Part shown: in pieces, positions 29,480 to 39,193 of the stretch
Numbering within the stretch: position 1 is the first letter of the stretch
Layout of the letters: the number at the start of each line of letters is the position of its first letter
Assembly: GCA_965208325.1 (NCBI GenBank)
Contig: OZ242326.1
Span: forward strand, 4,576,001 to 4,640,000
DNA length: 64,000 nucleotides
DNA from: Candidatus Poribacteria bacterium
GTDB taxonomy: Bacteria > Poribacteria > WGA-4E > PCPOR2b
Reading direction: 5' to 3'
Translations under genes and position numbers: made by a program
Notes under the pieces: generated by a model
Told to the model about the DNA's origin: nothing
The model's database searches: none
Seen by the model: the letters and a program-made list of their open reading frames with translations, nothing else

Positions 29480-30799
29480 ATGGAGAATGTGGACATTACT
29501 AAACTCCAAGAATCGACAATCTCCGAACTCAATACTATGGCTCGGAAACTTGGCTTGAGCGGTTATAGTGGTCTCCGAAAACAAGATTTGATAACTCGGA
29601 TTCTAGAGGCCAAAGCGGCGAGCAGCGGTTCGTTGTTTGGAGGAGGTATTCTTGAGATATTAACGGATCGAGATCAAGGGTATGGTTTCCTCCGTTCATC
29701 TCGATATAACTATTTGCAAAGCAATGATGATATTTATGTGTCTCCTTCTCAGATTCGTAAGTTTGGTCTGCGCACGGGACATGAAGTTCAGGGGCAAATC
29801 CGTCCGCCTAAGAAGGATGGCAACAAAGAAGAATATTACTTTGCGTTATTGAAAATTGAAGAAGTCAATGGTGAAAATCCTGAATTCGCAAAGGACAAAA
29901 TTCTCTTTGATAATTTGACGCCTGTGTACCCCTATGAACAGTTAAAACTTGAACACGATCCGCTCGAATTTTCAACTAGAATTGTCGATTTGATGTCGCC
30001 TATTGGTAAAGGGCAACGCGGTCTTATTATTGCACCACCTTACAGTGGTAAAACGACGCTTTTGAAAAATATTGCCAGCGGTATCACCGCGAATCATCCA
30101 GAGGTGATGTTGATTGTGCTATTGATTGATGAACGCCCTGAGGAAGTCACTGATGTTGCACGCTCCGTTAAAGGAGAGGTTATCAGCTCGACTTTCGACG
30201 AGCATCCCGAGCGCCATGTACAAGTAGCAGAAATTGTTATTGAAAAGGCGCAAAGGTGGGTGGAATATGGCAAAGATGTAGTGATTTTGTTGGATAGCAT
30301 GACTCGGCTGGCGCGTGCATATAATGTTGTAGCGCCCCACAGCGGCAAAACGTTAACGGGCGGATTGGATGCACTTGCTTTCATTAAACCTAGAAAACTT
30401 TTTGGTGCTGGGCGAAAGATTGAAGAGGGGGGTAGCTTAACCATTATGTCCACGGCACTGATTGATACGGAAAGCCGTGCTGACGAACACATTTATGAAG
30501 AATTCAAGGGTACGGCTAACATGGAAATACACTTAGAACGATCACTGTTAGATCGACGAATTTTTCCATCAATTAACATCAATAAATCGAAGACGCGACG
30601 AGAAGAGCTATTACTTAAACCAGAAGTACTTAGCAAAGTATGGCTTTTGCGAAAGTTCATGGGCCAGATGAGCACCGCTGAATCAATGGAACTCTTTGTG
30701 GAACAGCTAGGCAAAACAGACTCCAATGAGGCGTTTTTGGAGATGATGGTTGATAACAAGCCGAAAAACCCACCTTCGCGAGGGCGGTACCAATGGTAA
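29480..30799 (+). CDS. rho: Transcription termination factor Rho
   Basis: GYGFLR, DDIYVSPSQIR, GKGQR, DERPEEVT, EEFKGT; GAGGAG RBS. Confidence 0.97.
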   Translation: MENVDITKLQESTISELNTMARKLGLSGYSGLRKQDLITRILEAKAASSGSLFGGGILEILTDRDQGYGFLRSSRYNYLQSNDDIYVSPSQIRKFGLRTGHEVQGQIRPPKKDGNKEEYYFALLKIEEVNGENPEFAKDKILFDNLTPVYPYEQLKLEHDPLEFSTRIVDLMSPIGKGQRGLIIAPPYSGKTTLLKNIASGITANHPEVMLIVLLIDERPEEVTDVARSVKGEVISSTFDEHPERHVQVAEIVIEKAQRWVEYGKDVVILLDSMTRLARAYNVVAPHSGKTLTGGLDALAFIKPRKLFGAGRKIEEGGSLTIMSTALIDTESRADEHIYEEFKGTANMEIHLERSLLDRRIFPSININKSKTRREELLLKPEVLSKVWLLRKFMGQMSTAESMELFVEQLGKTDSNEAFLEMMVDNKPKNPPSRGRYQW

Positions 30800-30845
30800 T
30801 TTATTTTGTAGTCAATTTTCTAGTTTTATGGGGGAGGTTGTCAAC

Positions 30846-31064
30846 GTGAAAACCGGTATTCATCCGCAGACGATGGAGTGTGTCATCAATTGTGTTTGCG
30901 GTGCAACATATGAAACTACTTCGACCAAGCCTCAGATTCGGATTGAAGTTTGTGCGAAATGCCATCCCTATTACACCGGGCAGCAGACAATGATTGATAC
31001 GGCAGGCCGTGTGGAGAATTTCCGAAGAAAATATGGGATTTCCGCAGAAACCGAGGCTGACTAA
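30846..31064 (+). CDS. rpmE: 50S ribosomal protein L31, zinc-binding type
   Basis: KTGIHP, CVCG...CAKCHPYYTG, AGRV; GGAGG RBS before GTG 30846. Confidence 0.95.
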   Translation: MKTGIHPQTMECVINCVCGATYETTSTKPQIRIEVCAKCHPYYTGQQTMIDTAGRVENFRRKYGISAETEAD

Positions 31065-31271
31065 AGCAGTTAATTTTTTAATTATAGTGAGCATGCAATT
31101 TAACACCGTGAATTTCCGGGGGCAAGCAGCCATCATAAAACGATGATGCATGCCCCCATTTGTTAGCGGTAATCTGTATTTCGTCATTGATAAAAGAGAA
31201 AATTATTGTGTTCGAAGGTATATTCAATACAGCCGTCTTGAAGTATTCACTCTCAAAATTGTATTTGCCAT

Positions 31272-32336
31272 ATGTTAGAAAAGCTAAAAGATTTTGAATC
31301 CAAATATCAAGACATTGAAAATGCGTTAGCTGATCCAGTACAAATAGCTAATCACCAAAGGTTGCAGCAGCTCAGCAAGGCGCACGCGGAGTTAGCGCCG
31401 ATAGTCTCCACCTATAAAGAATACCAAATAACAGAGAGAGATATTCAGAACACATTGTCGCTCATTGAGCAAGAAACCGAAGAAGAATTTATCGAGTTTG
31501 CCAAGAGTGAACTCGATTCTCTGAATAGTCAGAAAGAGCGTTTAGAAGCCCAACTCAGAATTCTAATGCTTCCCAAAGATCCAAACGATGAAAAAAATGT
31601 AATCATGGAGATTCGTGCGGGCACGGGCGGCGAGGAAGCGTGCTTGTTTGCAGCCGAACTCTTCAGAATGTATGCAAGATACGCTGAAAATCAGGGTTGT
31701 AAAATAGATTTGCTTAGTTCGCACAACACCGGATTGAAAGGATTTAAGGAGGTTATATTCACAGCACAAGGACGTGGTGCTTACAGTAAACTCAAATTTG
31801 AAGGAGGAATCCATCGAGTGCAACGTATCCCTGCGACGGAGGCGAGCGGCCGAATCCATACGTCGGCTGTTACTGTTGCGGTATTGCCAGAAGCTGAAGA
31901 TGTTGATTTGAGCATCAATTCGGAAGATTTGCAGATTGATGTGTACCGATCATCCGGGCCAGGCGGCCAGAGCGTAAATACAACCGATTCCGCGGTACGC
32001 ATTACTCACCTGCCATCCGGACTTGTTGTCACTTGCCAGGATGAAAAGTCACAGCACAAAAATAAGGCGAAGGCAATGAAAATCTTGCGTTCGCGACTGT
32101 TGGAGAAGATGCAGTCTGAGCAGGAGGCGGAACGCGCACAAACACGGAAATCGATGGTCGGCAGTGGGGATCGAAGCGAAAAAATACGTACCTATAATTA
32201 TTCCCAGAACCGCGTAACAGACCATCGAATTGGACTGAGTGTTTATCAACTGGATTCGGTTTTAGACGGAGAACTAAATCCTTTTATTGATGCATTAATA
32301 GCTGCAGATCAGTCAGAGAGGTTAAAGCATTTGTAG
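31272..32336 (+). CDS. prfA: Peptide chain release factor 1
   Basis: GGQ motif, PAT tripeptide, IRTYN. Confidence 0.97.
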   Translation: MLEKLKDFESKYQDIENALADPVQIANHQRLQQLSKAHAELAPIVSTYKEYQITERDIQNTLSLIEQETEEEFIEFAKSELDSLNSQKERLEAQLRILMLPKDPNDEKNVIMEIRAGTGGEEACLFAAELFRMYARYAENQGCKIDLLSSHNTGLKGFKEVIFTAQGRGAYSKLKFEGGIHRVQRIPATEASGRIHTSAVTVAVLPEAEDVDLSINSEDLQIDVYRSSGPGGQSVNTTDSAVRITHLPSGLVVTCQDEKSQHKNKAKAMKILRSRLLEKMQSEQEAERAQTRKSMVGSGDRSEKIRTYNYSQNRVTDHRIGLSVYQLDSVLDGELNPFIDALIAADQSERLKHL

Positions 32337-32338
32337 CT

Positions 32339-33196
32339 GTGAAAATCTGGCGGGTCATCGATCTTATTGAATGGACAACCAAATACTTTAAGCATCAGAA
32401 TATTCACAACGCTCGTCTAGATGCCGAACTCCTACTAGGGCACGTCTTGGAAAAGAGCAGATTACAGCTTTACTTGAGTTTTGACATGCCTGTTTTTGAA
32501 GAGAGGTTATCGGAATTCCGAGGATTAATCAAACGGCGGGCAGCGCATACGCCGGTGAGCTACCTCACGAACGAGAAGGAATTCATGTCTATAGCCTTTT
32601 ATGTTGATTCTCGAGTGCTAATCCCCCGTCCTGAAACAGAAATTCTAGTCGAAACGATTTTGCGACAACAAAGTGGAAAATGTCGGGTCATGGACATGGG
32701 TACGGGCAGTGGAGCCATCGCGGTCAGTCTAGCTTTCAAACACCCCGATTGGGAAATTGCGGCGACCGATATGTATGCGGATGCACTCGATGTTGCTCGA
32801 AAAAACGCGTGCATCCATGGCTGCACTGAGCGCATTACCTTCTTGCAAGGCGACCTTTTTGCCCCTGTAGAACCATTAGAAAATTATCGTTTTGACTGGA
32901 TCGCCTCCAACCCCCCGTACGTCAGCGCGATAGATTTTCCGATGCTCCCTCCTGAAATTCGAGATTATGAACCAAAATCTGCGCTCACAGGCGGATGCGA
33001 TGGACTCAGTATCATTCGCCGGATAATAGCCGGCGCACCGCAGTTTTTGAATCCCAACGGCCGCCTAATCTTGGAAATTGGCGATAATCAAAGCGGCAAA
33101 GTTCAAGATCTTGTCCATTCGAATCCGGCGTATAATGAGTGTCAAATGATAGTAGACTATTCAGGTCGAGAACGTGTCATTGTTGCTAGTCTCTGA
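32339..33196 (+). CDS. prmC: Release factor glutamine methyltransferase
   Basis: VLIPRPETE, DMGTGSG, SNPPY; directly after prfA. Confidence 0.95.
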   Translation: MKIWRVIDLIEWTTKYFKHQNIHNARLDAELLLGHVLEKSRLQLYLSFDMPVFEERLSEFRGLIKRRAAHTPVSYLTNEKEFMSIAFYVDSRVLIPRPETEILVETILRQQSGKCRVMDMGTGSGAIAVSLAFKHPDWEIAATDMYADALDVARKNACIHGCTERITFLQGDLFAPVEPLENYRFDWIASNPPYVSAIDFPMLPPEIRDYEPKSALTGGCDGLSIIRRIIAGAPQFLNPNGRLILEIGDNQSGKVQDLVHSNPAYNECQMIVDYSGRERVIVASL

Positions 33197-33400
33197 AGAA
33201 CACGCCATAACCGACGGCCGCCGCATTGCCCCTTTTTAAAATCAAATCAAGACGATTGCGCGCAATTGGGCGGGCCTAAATAAATGACAACTCTACATTG
33301 GCGGATATTTGACATCGTTGACATACGCTATCTCACCAATGCGTACCGGTGTGCTTTGACCAATGCCGCCGGAAACATCAAGGATTAACTTTACGGTTCA

Positions 33401-35314
33401 ATGGCACCGATGCAAGTATCCAATCGGACTTTTCAGTTGAATACTGCTGGTTGCGTCCGTATACTGATTTTAATTGTTATTTTAGTTTGTGGCAGAGCTA
33501 TCTTCGCTCAAACCCCCGCCGAAAGTCCTGAAGGTAATCTCCACAAGTCTGTTATATTCAAGGATGTTACCGCCGTAGCGGGCATTCACTTCGTCCACTC
33601 GCGCGGCGTGAGATCATTAGAAGAAACGTCCCACGGATTATATCCGGAAGATGTAGGTTCAGGGGCGGCCTTCGCTGACTACGATTGCGATGGCGATCTG
33701 GATCTTTACATCGTCAATAACCCCGGTCCCTTCAACACTGAGATTACAAAATTTTCTCCAGGGAATGTGCTCTATCGCAACAACGGGGATGGTACGTTTT
33801 CCGATGTTACTACTGAGGCCGGTGTTGGCGATCAGAGCTTCGGAATGGGGGTCGTCTCTGGAGATTACGATAACGACGGCGATTTAGATTTCTACATCAC
33901 TAACTACGGTCCAAACATTCTGTACCGCAACGATGGAAATGGTGCGTTTACCGATGTGACTACCGGGGCTGGCGTTGGGGATTCACGATGGAGTACCGGT
34001 GCAACTTTCGGAGATTATGATAACGACGGCGATTTGGATCTCTATGTGCCTAACTATCTGGACTACGATCTCGGCAAACTAGAAGCGGCGAAGCAAAAAT
34101 CACTTCAATATGGACAATATGTTCCAAGCGCGTTAAACCCAGTTGTCTTCGATCCTCAAGATAATGTACTTTACCAAAACAACGGCGATGGCACGTTTAC
34201 CGATGTAACCCGAGATTTGGGCGTCGAAGCTCATGGCGGGCGGAGTTTTCAAGCTCTCTTTACCGACTTAGATTTGGATGGCGATTTAGATTTATACATT
34301 GCAAACGATTTGTCAGCCAACACTTTGTATCGAAACGATGGGAATGGAACGTTCACGGATGTAAGCAACCAATCATGGGCGGCAGATGTACGCGGTTCAA
34401 TGGGGTTGGCAGCAGGAGATTATGACAATGATGGCGATTTAGATCTATTTATGAGCCATTGGATGGATCAGGAAAACGCAATTTACAGGAATTTGTGGCG
34501 GGAGGAAGGCGAAATCAGCCAGACCACTCCTTCTCAGTTAATCCCGATTCCTGACTCAGGGCGGATGTCCAAGGAGACTAATCCAACCGATTCGGAAGAG
34601 GAGAGAAAGGCTCGATTGGGTAGGTATTCCGTAACATCTGTTTCAGATGGACTCAGCACAAGGACTATTCGCTTCGTCGATGAAGCGTATAGCGCATCGC
34701 TGGGCGAGGAGAGTCTCGATTACGTCGGTTGGGGGACAGATTTTTTTGATTACGATCTTGATGGCTATCTTGACATTTTCGTCGTCAATGGACATACCTT
34801 CCCATATCTGAATCAGCGTGAGAGGCTAATTCCACAAGAAGACCAACTCTTTCGCAACCATGGAGATGGCGTTTTTGCTGATGTGACTGAGAGCGCAGGC
34901 ATCACCAGCGTGCGGCGGCAAGTAGGACGCGGTGCAGCCTTCGGCGATTACGATAACGATGGCGATGTTGATGTCTTCATTGTTAACAATCATGGTCTAG
35001 GGGTTTTATTTCGGAATGAGGGCGGAAATCGAAACAACTGGCTGCATGTTAAACTGGTTGGCACATCGGGGAACCGTGATGCCATCGGCGCAAAAATCTG
35101 GATGAAGACTAGCGGCTTAACGCAGTTCCGTGAAATCAATGCCGGATCCAGTTTCCTATCGTGTAACAGTTTAACTGCGGAGTTTGGGTTAGGTTCTAGA
35201 AAAATAATTGATTCGCTTGAGGTAGTCTGGTTGAACGGTACGACAGCAGAATTGAGGAACATCAAGGCAAACCAGCGGCTCATAATCGTCGAGGGAGTAG
35301 ACGCTACGCATTGA
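33401..35314 (+). CDS. CRTAC1-family FG-GAP / ASPIC-UnbV protein, secreted
   Basis: GDYDNDGDLD and LYRN.GDGTF.DVT repeats; NRDAIGA...FGLG C-terminal domain; hydrophobic N-terminus. Confidence 0.9.
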   Translation: MAPMQVSNRTFQLNTAGCVRILILIVILVCGRAIFAQTPAESPEGNLHKSVIFKDVTAVAGIHFVHSRGVRSLEETSHGLYPEDVGSGAAFADYDCDGDLDLYIVNNPGPFNTEITKFSPGNVLYRNNGDGTFSDVTTEAGVGDQSFGMGVVSGDYDNDGDLDFYITNYGPNILYRNDGNGAFTDVTTGAGVGDSRWSTGATFGDYDNDGDLDLYVPNYLDYDLGKLEAAKQKSLQYGQYVPSALNPVVFDPQDNVLYQNNGDGTFTDVTRDLGVEAHGGRSFQALFTDLDLDGDLDLYIANDLSANTLYRNDGNGTFTDVSNQSWAADVRGSMGLAAGDYDNDGDLDLFMSHWMDQENAIYRNLWREEGEISQTTPSQLIPIPDSGRMSKETNPTDSEEERKARLGRYSVTSVSDGLSTRTIRFVDEAYSASLGEESLDYVGWGTDFFDYDLDGYLDIFVVNGHTFPYLNQRERLIPQEDQLFRNHGDGVFADVTESAGITSVRRQVGRGAAFGDYDNDGDVDVFIVNNHGLGVLFRNEGGNRNNWLHVKLVGTSGNRDAIGAKIWMKTSGLTQFREINAGSSFLSCNSLTAEFGLGSRKIIDSLEVVWLNGTTAELRNIKANQRLIIVEGVDATH

Positions 35315-35959
35315 GAATTTATCAAGGAATCAATAGAACACATGAGCTACATTAGAATATAGGGAGATGTGACGCCAATCGAATTGAAAGTTGTGCCTGG
35401 AGGTAGCTGATAAAGTTAAGGAAGCGGTTTATCAGACATTTAATGAGATTTTGAATACCAAAAAATATCTCCCAATTTACCAATCTTTTATCCAAATTCC
35501 CACATCTGAATGTTCCTTTACTATTTTCGCCTAAAGTGCAAAATCACGAGGCGGATAAACCTGTATTCTAGACTTATTGGAATGAGTCTATCAAAAATGC
35601 CGGCGTGTTGGGCGTACCAATTCGCGTGGGATTGCTCTGACGAGCAGCGGAAACTAACGTTTTACACGCATTTCAGACAAATGTTGCGGCTACAGTATTT
35701 TTCTCTCCGCAATCTACATGGAGACGGCAGGAATTCCTTTCCGGCGTTAATCCGTTCGCCGTCCATCAAGAAATTTTATCTCGCCTTGCCGCCTTATCGA
35801 TTGGCTTTGGAAAACCTCTAGGAAGGCAGTCATTTAAACCGGGTGCAATACTTTCCTGTCAATTAAGTAAAACATATTTTTATCGCACGTCCTGACTGAG
35901 TGTGGTAGTCTACAAATCACGGCGCAATCGAAATGCGAGATAATGCCTCAGTATTTGAG

Positions 35960-35989
35960 TTGACGGTGTTTCAGCATGTAAGATATAAT
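35960..35989 (+). promoter_or_regulatory. Sigma-70-type promoter for the VWA-DUF4159-DUF4175 operon
   Basis: TTGACG-18 nt-TATAAT about 30 nt before the start. Confidence 0.6.
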
Positions 35990-36018
35990 TCATCACCGTT
36001 TGTAATTAAGGGAGTTTG

Positions 36019-38280
36019 ATGCAATTTACGTATTATTTGCCAGGCTGGGCAGTCGCTATAGCGCTGGCAATTGTGGCGGGCGTTACGATTTATGCTTACC
36101 TCCGTCTACAACAATCTCTCAACCAAGGACTTAGATTTATCCTAATCGGGTTAAGGGTTGCAGCCGCATCGCTAGTGTTATTATGTCTGTTAGCGCCGGT
36201 GGTGTCTGAGAGAATAGACGTTACGCCAAAGACTAATTTCCTGATTCTTGCAGATACTTCCCAAAGCATGAATTTTGACGATGTGGAGTTAGACGGCCGA
36301 CAAACTGACCGTTTGACCCTTGTGAATCAGCTATTATTCAATCTGTCTAGTCAATTTCTAAATGTTCTTGCGAACCAATTTGAGGTGCATCTATATCAAT
36401 TTAATACCCATGCGCAGAGAATCGCCGACCCGCTTGAGCCGCTTGAAGCGAAAGGACGATTAACAGATATCGCTACCTCAATCCAGCAAGTACTCAAAAA
36501 GTGGCGTGGGCAGCGGATTGCTGGCGTGATGTTGATTACTGACGGCGCCCATAACTCTTCGGCGTTTCAATCCGACAGTATCGCCGATGTGCAAGTCCCC
36601 ATTTACACAGTCGGCGTTGGTAATCCTCAGCCCCGCAAAGACCTGAAAATTTCAAGAGTTAAAGTGAGTCCAGTCGTTTATGTGGGACATGATGCACCTA
36701 TCCGTTTCACTGTTGAACAAACGGGCTACGCTGGGAGCACGGTTCGCGTTTCATTGATGCAGGACGCTCGTTTAACTGACGCTGCGTTGATTACATTGGA
36801 CGAGCGACCAACTCAGGATATCGAATTCACTTTGGATCCCCAAAAAGAGGGCGTTTTTCAATATGTCATTTCTGTGCCGACTCTTCCGGATGAGCTCACG
36901 CATGTGAATAACGAGAGGGTCTTTTCCTTAAAAGTTGTCAAAACGAAATTTCGTGTATTGTACGTTGATGGGCGGCCTCGTTGGGAATATACGTTTCTCA
37001 AACGCGTATTGGAACGGGATGCTGACATTGAATCAACCTGTATGATTATATCGAATCGCACGAACCGCCAACTTCGCGGAACGCTGCTGGGACGTACCAA
37101 CCGACACTACCCGCAAACAACCGCTTTGGGCAGACTGCCTTATTTTCCAGATACGATTTCCGAATTACTAAAGTACGATGTGCTAATTTTAGGGGATTTG
37201 CCATCGACTACCTTGAATAAATTACAGCACGACGCAATTGTCGATTTCGTCGAAAATCACGGTAAGTCGGTTATCTTTCTCGGTGGACGGAGTTCGCTCG
37301 GCGCAAAGGGCTTAAAGGAAACCGCTTTGGAACGCTTGCTGCCGATTGTTATTCCAGCGAACGGATGTGCTGTTCAAAATGAAGACTTCAGTCTGGAACC
37401 TACCCAACAAGGAATCTACCATCCCATAATGCGCGTGGGAGATACGCGGTCAAAAGTTGAAGCCATTTGGAGGGACTTGCCGACGCTGCCACGATGGTTC
37501 GGTGACTTCCGTCTCAGGGGCGGGGCAACCACTCTTGCCGTTCGCGGGCAATCTCGGGACGAGAATTCAATGCCAATCGTGGTTATACAGAGATCTGGTT
37601 TAGGTAAAAGCCTCCTCATTGCGGCGGAAGGGCTTTGGCACTGGGGATTCGGCGTGTGGGGGTTCAAGGAAGAAGATGACACCTATCCCCGTTTTTGGGG
37701 AGGGGCTATTCGCTGGATGGCATCGCAACCCTATGGCAAACCCATTAATCTAACGACTGATTTGACAACCTATTTGGTCGGGGACGAGGTTCAAATTACC
37801 GTATACGCTTATGATGAGAGCTACCGCCCTCTGGCTGATGCGGCGTTCAAAATTAACGTTATTCCTCCGGGCGGGAATTCGTTCCAAGTTAGTGATGCGA
37901 CTAGTTCACAAATTGCGGGTGTCTATACAACTCAGTTTGAGGTCAATCAGAAGGGAAATTATCAGATTCGTGCCATGGGTGTCGAAGACTTTTCTTCTTT
38001 AGGTGAGGATTCGACAGAAATACTCGTTCAATCTCCACTTTCGGAGTTTGAAAATCCACAACTCAATGAGCCGTTGCTACAACAATTAGCTGAAAATACG
38101 GGCGGATTTTACACTCCGATTCGTGATGTGGAATCTCTACCCAATAAAATTAAAGATGTTGAAGAGCGAGTTTTTACTGATCAAGAACGAGATTTGTGGA
38201 ACACGCCTATCATTTTGATTCTTGTGGTTGGATTGCTGGGAGCAGAATGGTTTCTACGTAAGCGAAGCGGCCTGGTGTAA
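36019..38280 (+). CDS. Membrane-anchored VWA plus glutamine-amidotransferase-like domain protein
   Basis: Two N-terminal TMs; MIDAS DTSQS and ITDG; YDVLILGD GATase-like region; C-terminal TM ending EWFLRKRSGL. Confidence 0.8.
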   Translation: MQFTYYLPGWAVAIALAIVAGVTIYAYLRLQQSLNQGLRFILIGLRVAAASLVLLCLLAPVVSERIDVTPKTNFLILADTSQSMNFDDVELDGRQTDRLTLVNQLLFNLSSQFLNVLANQFEVHLYQFNTHAQRIADPLEPLEAKGRLTDIATSIQQVLKKWRGQRIAGVMLITDGAHNSSAFQSDSIADVQVPIYTVGVGNPQPRKDLKISRVKVSPVVYVGHDAPIRFTVEQTGYAGSTVRVSLMQDARLTDAALITLDERPTQDIEFTLDPQKEGVFQYVISVPTLPDELTHVNNERVFSLKVVKTKFRVLYVDGRPRWEYTFLKRVLERDADIESTCMIISNRTNRQLRGTLLGRTNRHYPQTTALGRLPYFPDTISELLKYDVLILGDLPSTTLNKLQHDAIVDFVENHGKSVIFLGGRSSLGAKGLKETALERLLPIVIPANGCAVQNEDFSLEPTQQGIYHPIMRVGDTRSKVEAIWRDLPTLPRWFGDFRLRGGATTLAVRGQSRDENSMPIVVIQRSGLGKSLLIAAEGLWHWGFGVWGFKEEDDTYPRFWGGAIRWMASQPYGKPINLTTDLTTYLVGDEVQITVYAYDESYRPLADAAFKINVIPPGGNSFQVSDATSSQIAGVYTTQFEVNQKGNYQIRAMGVEDFSSLGEDSTEILVQSPLSEFENPQLNEPLLQQLAENTGGFYTPIRDVESLPNKIKDVEERVFTDQERDLWNTPIILILVVGLLGAEWFLRKRSGLV

Positions 38281-38425
38281 AAGCTATGAGGAGTTTTCCG
38301 AACACAGTAAAATTTTGGTTTACCAAAAACATTTGGCCAGTCGGTGCGTTGGTGCCTCACCGGAATTATGCCGGTCCAGCTGACGTAAACTTTGTTTACT
38401 GCCGCAATACTGATGTTGCCGTGAC

Positions 38426-39103
38426 ATGAAAAATTATCGAAGAATGGTACTCTTTTCAGCTATTTGGGGACTAGCCGCCCTAACCGTATCCGTCCAAGCG
38501 GCGGGCGATAAATTCGTGATAGCCCAAGTTCAATACGGCGGCGGCGGAGATTGGTACGGCGATCAGACTGTAATTCCCAACTGGCTTAAAAGGCTTAGCA
38601 GCGTCACCGATATTGAGACTGCCGACAATCGCGTAATTACAAAGCTAACGGATCGTAACGTATATCAATATCCAATGCTGTACCTTGTCGGGCACGGTAA
38701 TATCCGCCTTACAGAGAAAGAGGTCGAGGCATTGCGTCTTTATCTAATGCGCGGCGGTTTTCTCTTCGCGAACGACGACTATGGACTTGACAAGAGTTTT
38801 CGGCGTGAAATGACCCGCGTGTTCCCGAATGAAGAACTTCAACCGATACCGAATTCACATCTAATCTATCACTGCTTTTATGATTTTCCGCATGGCTTGC
38901 CGAAAATTCACGAGCATGATGCTGAACCGGCACAAGGCTTTGGACTATTTCACGAAGGGCGGATGGTGGTGTTTTATGCCTATAGCTCAGACATTGGGGA
39001 TGGGTTGGAAGATTCAGAAATTCATCCCGAGGACTCTCATGAAGTTCGTCAACTCGCCGTAAAGATGGCGGTTAATATAGCAGTTTACGCACTAACACAT
39101 TAA
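38426..39103 (+). CDS. DUF4159 domain protein, secreted
   Basis: Signal peptide; YGGGGDWY, YPMLYLVGHG, GGFLFANDDYG, SDIGDG, VNIAVYALTH. Confidence 0.85.
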   Translation: MKNYRRMVLFSAIWGLAALTVSVQAAGDKFVIAQVQYGGGGDWYGDQTVIPNWLKRLSSVTDIETADNRVITKLTDRNVYQYPMLYLVGHGNIRLTEKEVEALRLYLMRGGFLFANDDYGLDKSFRREMTRVFPNEELQPIPNSHLIYHCFYDFPHGLPKIHEHDAEPAQGFGLFHEGRMVVFYAYSSDIGDGLEDSEIHPEDSHEVRQLAVKMAVNIAVYALTH

Positions 39104-39193
39104 ACAGCCGCTATTGCCAGCAAATTCATTCTAGCTACCTTTTGCTGACTACCAATACTGCTGAAGATCAGGGGGAAGAACAGAGGGTATAAA

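Noticed and set aside
33660..34980. Recurring GATTA(C/T)GATAACGACGGCGAT-like nucleotide repeats
   Set aside because: Explained by the encoded FG-GAP DYDNDGD repeats.
35510..35821. 103-aa intergenic ORF
   Set aside because: No RBS or recognisable motif; probably spurious, although the 700-nt gap is unexplained.
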